Source: a virus (lineage: Duplodnaviria > Caudoviricetes). Taken from it: a DNA stretch of 64,000 nucleotides. The notes under the pieces were generated by a model. It was not told the DNA's origin. It saw only the letters and a list, made by a program, of their open reading frames with translations, and ran no database searches. Where the stretch lies: the IMG/VR virus record IMGVR_UViG_3300027996_003878. One strand, given 5' to 3'. This document shows positions 63,999-64,000 of this stretch, one piece after another; positions within the stretch are counted from its first letter, which is position 1; every line of letters begins with the position of its first letter. The translations under genes and the position numbers were made by a program.

Positions 63999-64000
63999 AT

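Noticed and set aside
43815-64000. Stand-alone extracellular contractile injection system or T6SS locus in a bacterial chromosome
   Set aside because: Linked to DnaB, loader, RNR, sigma, tRNA and dense phage-like hypothetical genes on one strand, with no housekeeping bacterial context. A phage genome is more parsimonious.

Overview
This 64 kb window looks like part of a large tailed bacteriophage (jumbo-myovirus-like). It is AT-rich, densely coding and almost entirely on the minus strand. Translation table 11 fits: TGA is used as a stop in ATGA overlaps, and several genes have AGGAG Shine-Dalgarno sites. From left to right it holds: (1) 1-7.5 kb: a 5'-truncated muramidase-like gene, DUF2452-like protein, DEDDh exonuclease, FAD oxidoreductase, matrixin-like metalloprotease, tRNA-Gly(GCC) and a basic histone-H1-like protein; (2) 7.7-12.3 kb: fibre/decoration-type structural genes with a tandem repeat and a double palindrome; (3) 12.5-26.8 kb: MetAP, an intein-containing class II ribonucleotide reductase, a sigma-70 factor, DnaB, a DnaC-like loader, an SF2 helicase and a tubulin/FtsZ-superfamily protein; (4) 26.8-43.7 kb: a ~17 kb glycan cluster (gmd, fcl, other SDRs, two sulfotransferases, a methyltransferase, GT11 and GT10 fucosyltransferases, GT2/GT4/GT9-like enzymes); (5) 43.8-64 kb: a contractile-tail baseplate module (dockerin-like protein, 2212-aa LamG-containing wedge protein, baseplate J, gp25-like, gp5/gpV-like spike). 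The most striking observations are an RNR active-site intein ending in Thr-Arg-Arg rather than His-Asn, a strongly enriched DGY tripeptide in structural proteins next to a fucosylation/sulfation cluster, a lone inverted GT10 gene flanked by an 8-bp inverted repeat, and an in-frame TGA in a glycosyltransferase with a strong SD. All family assignments come from motif recognition by eye; no database searches were run.
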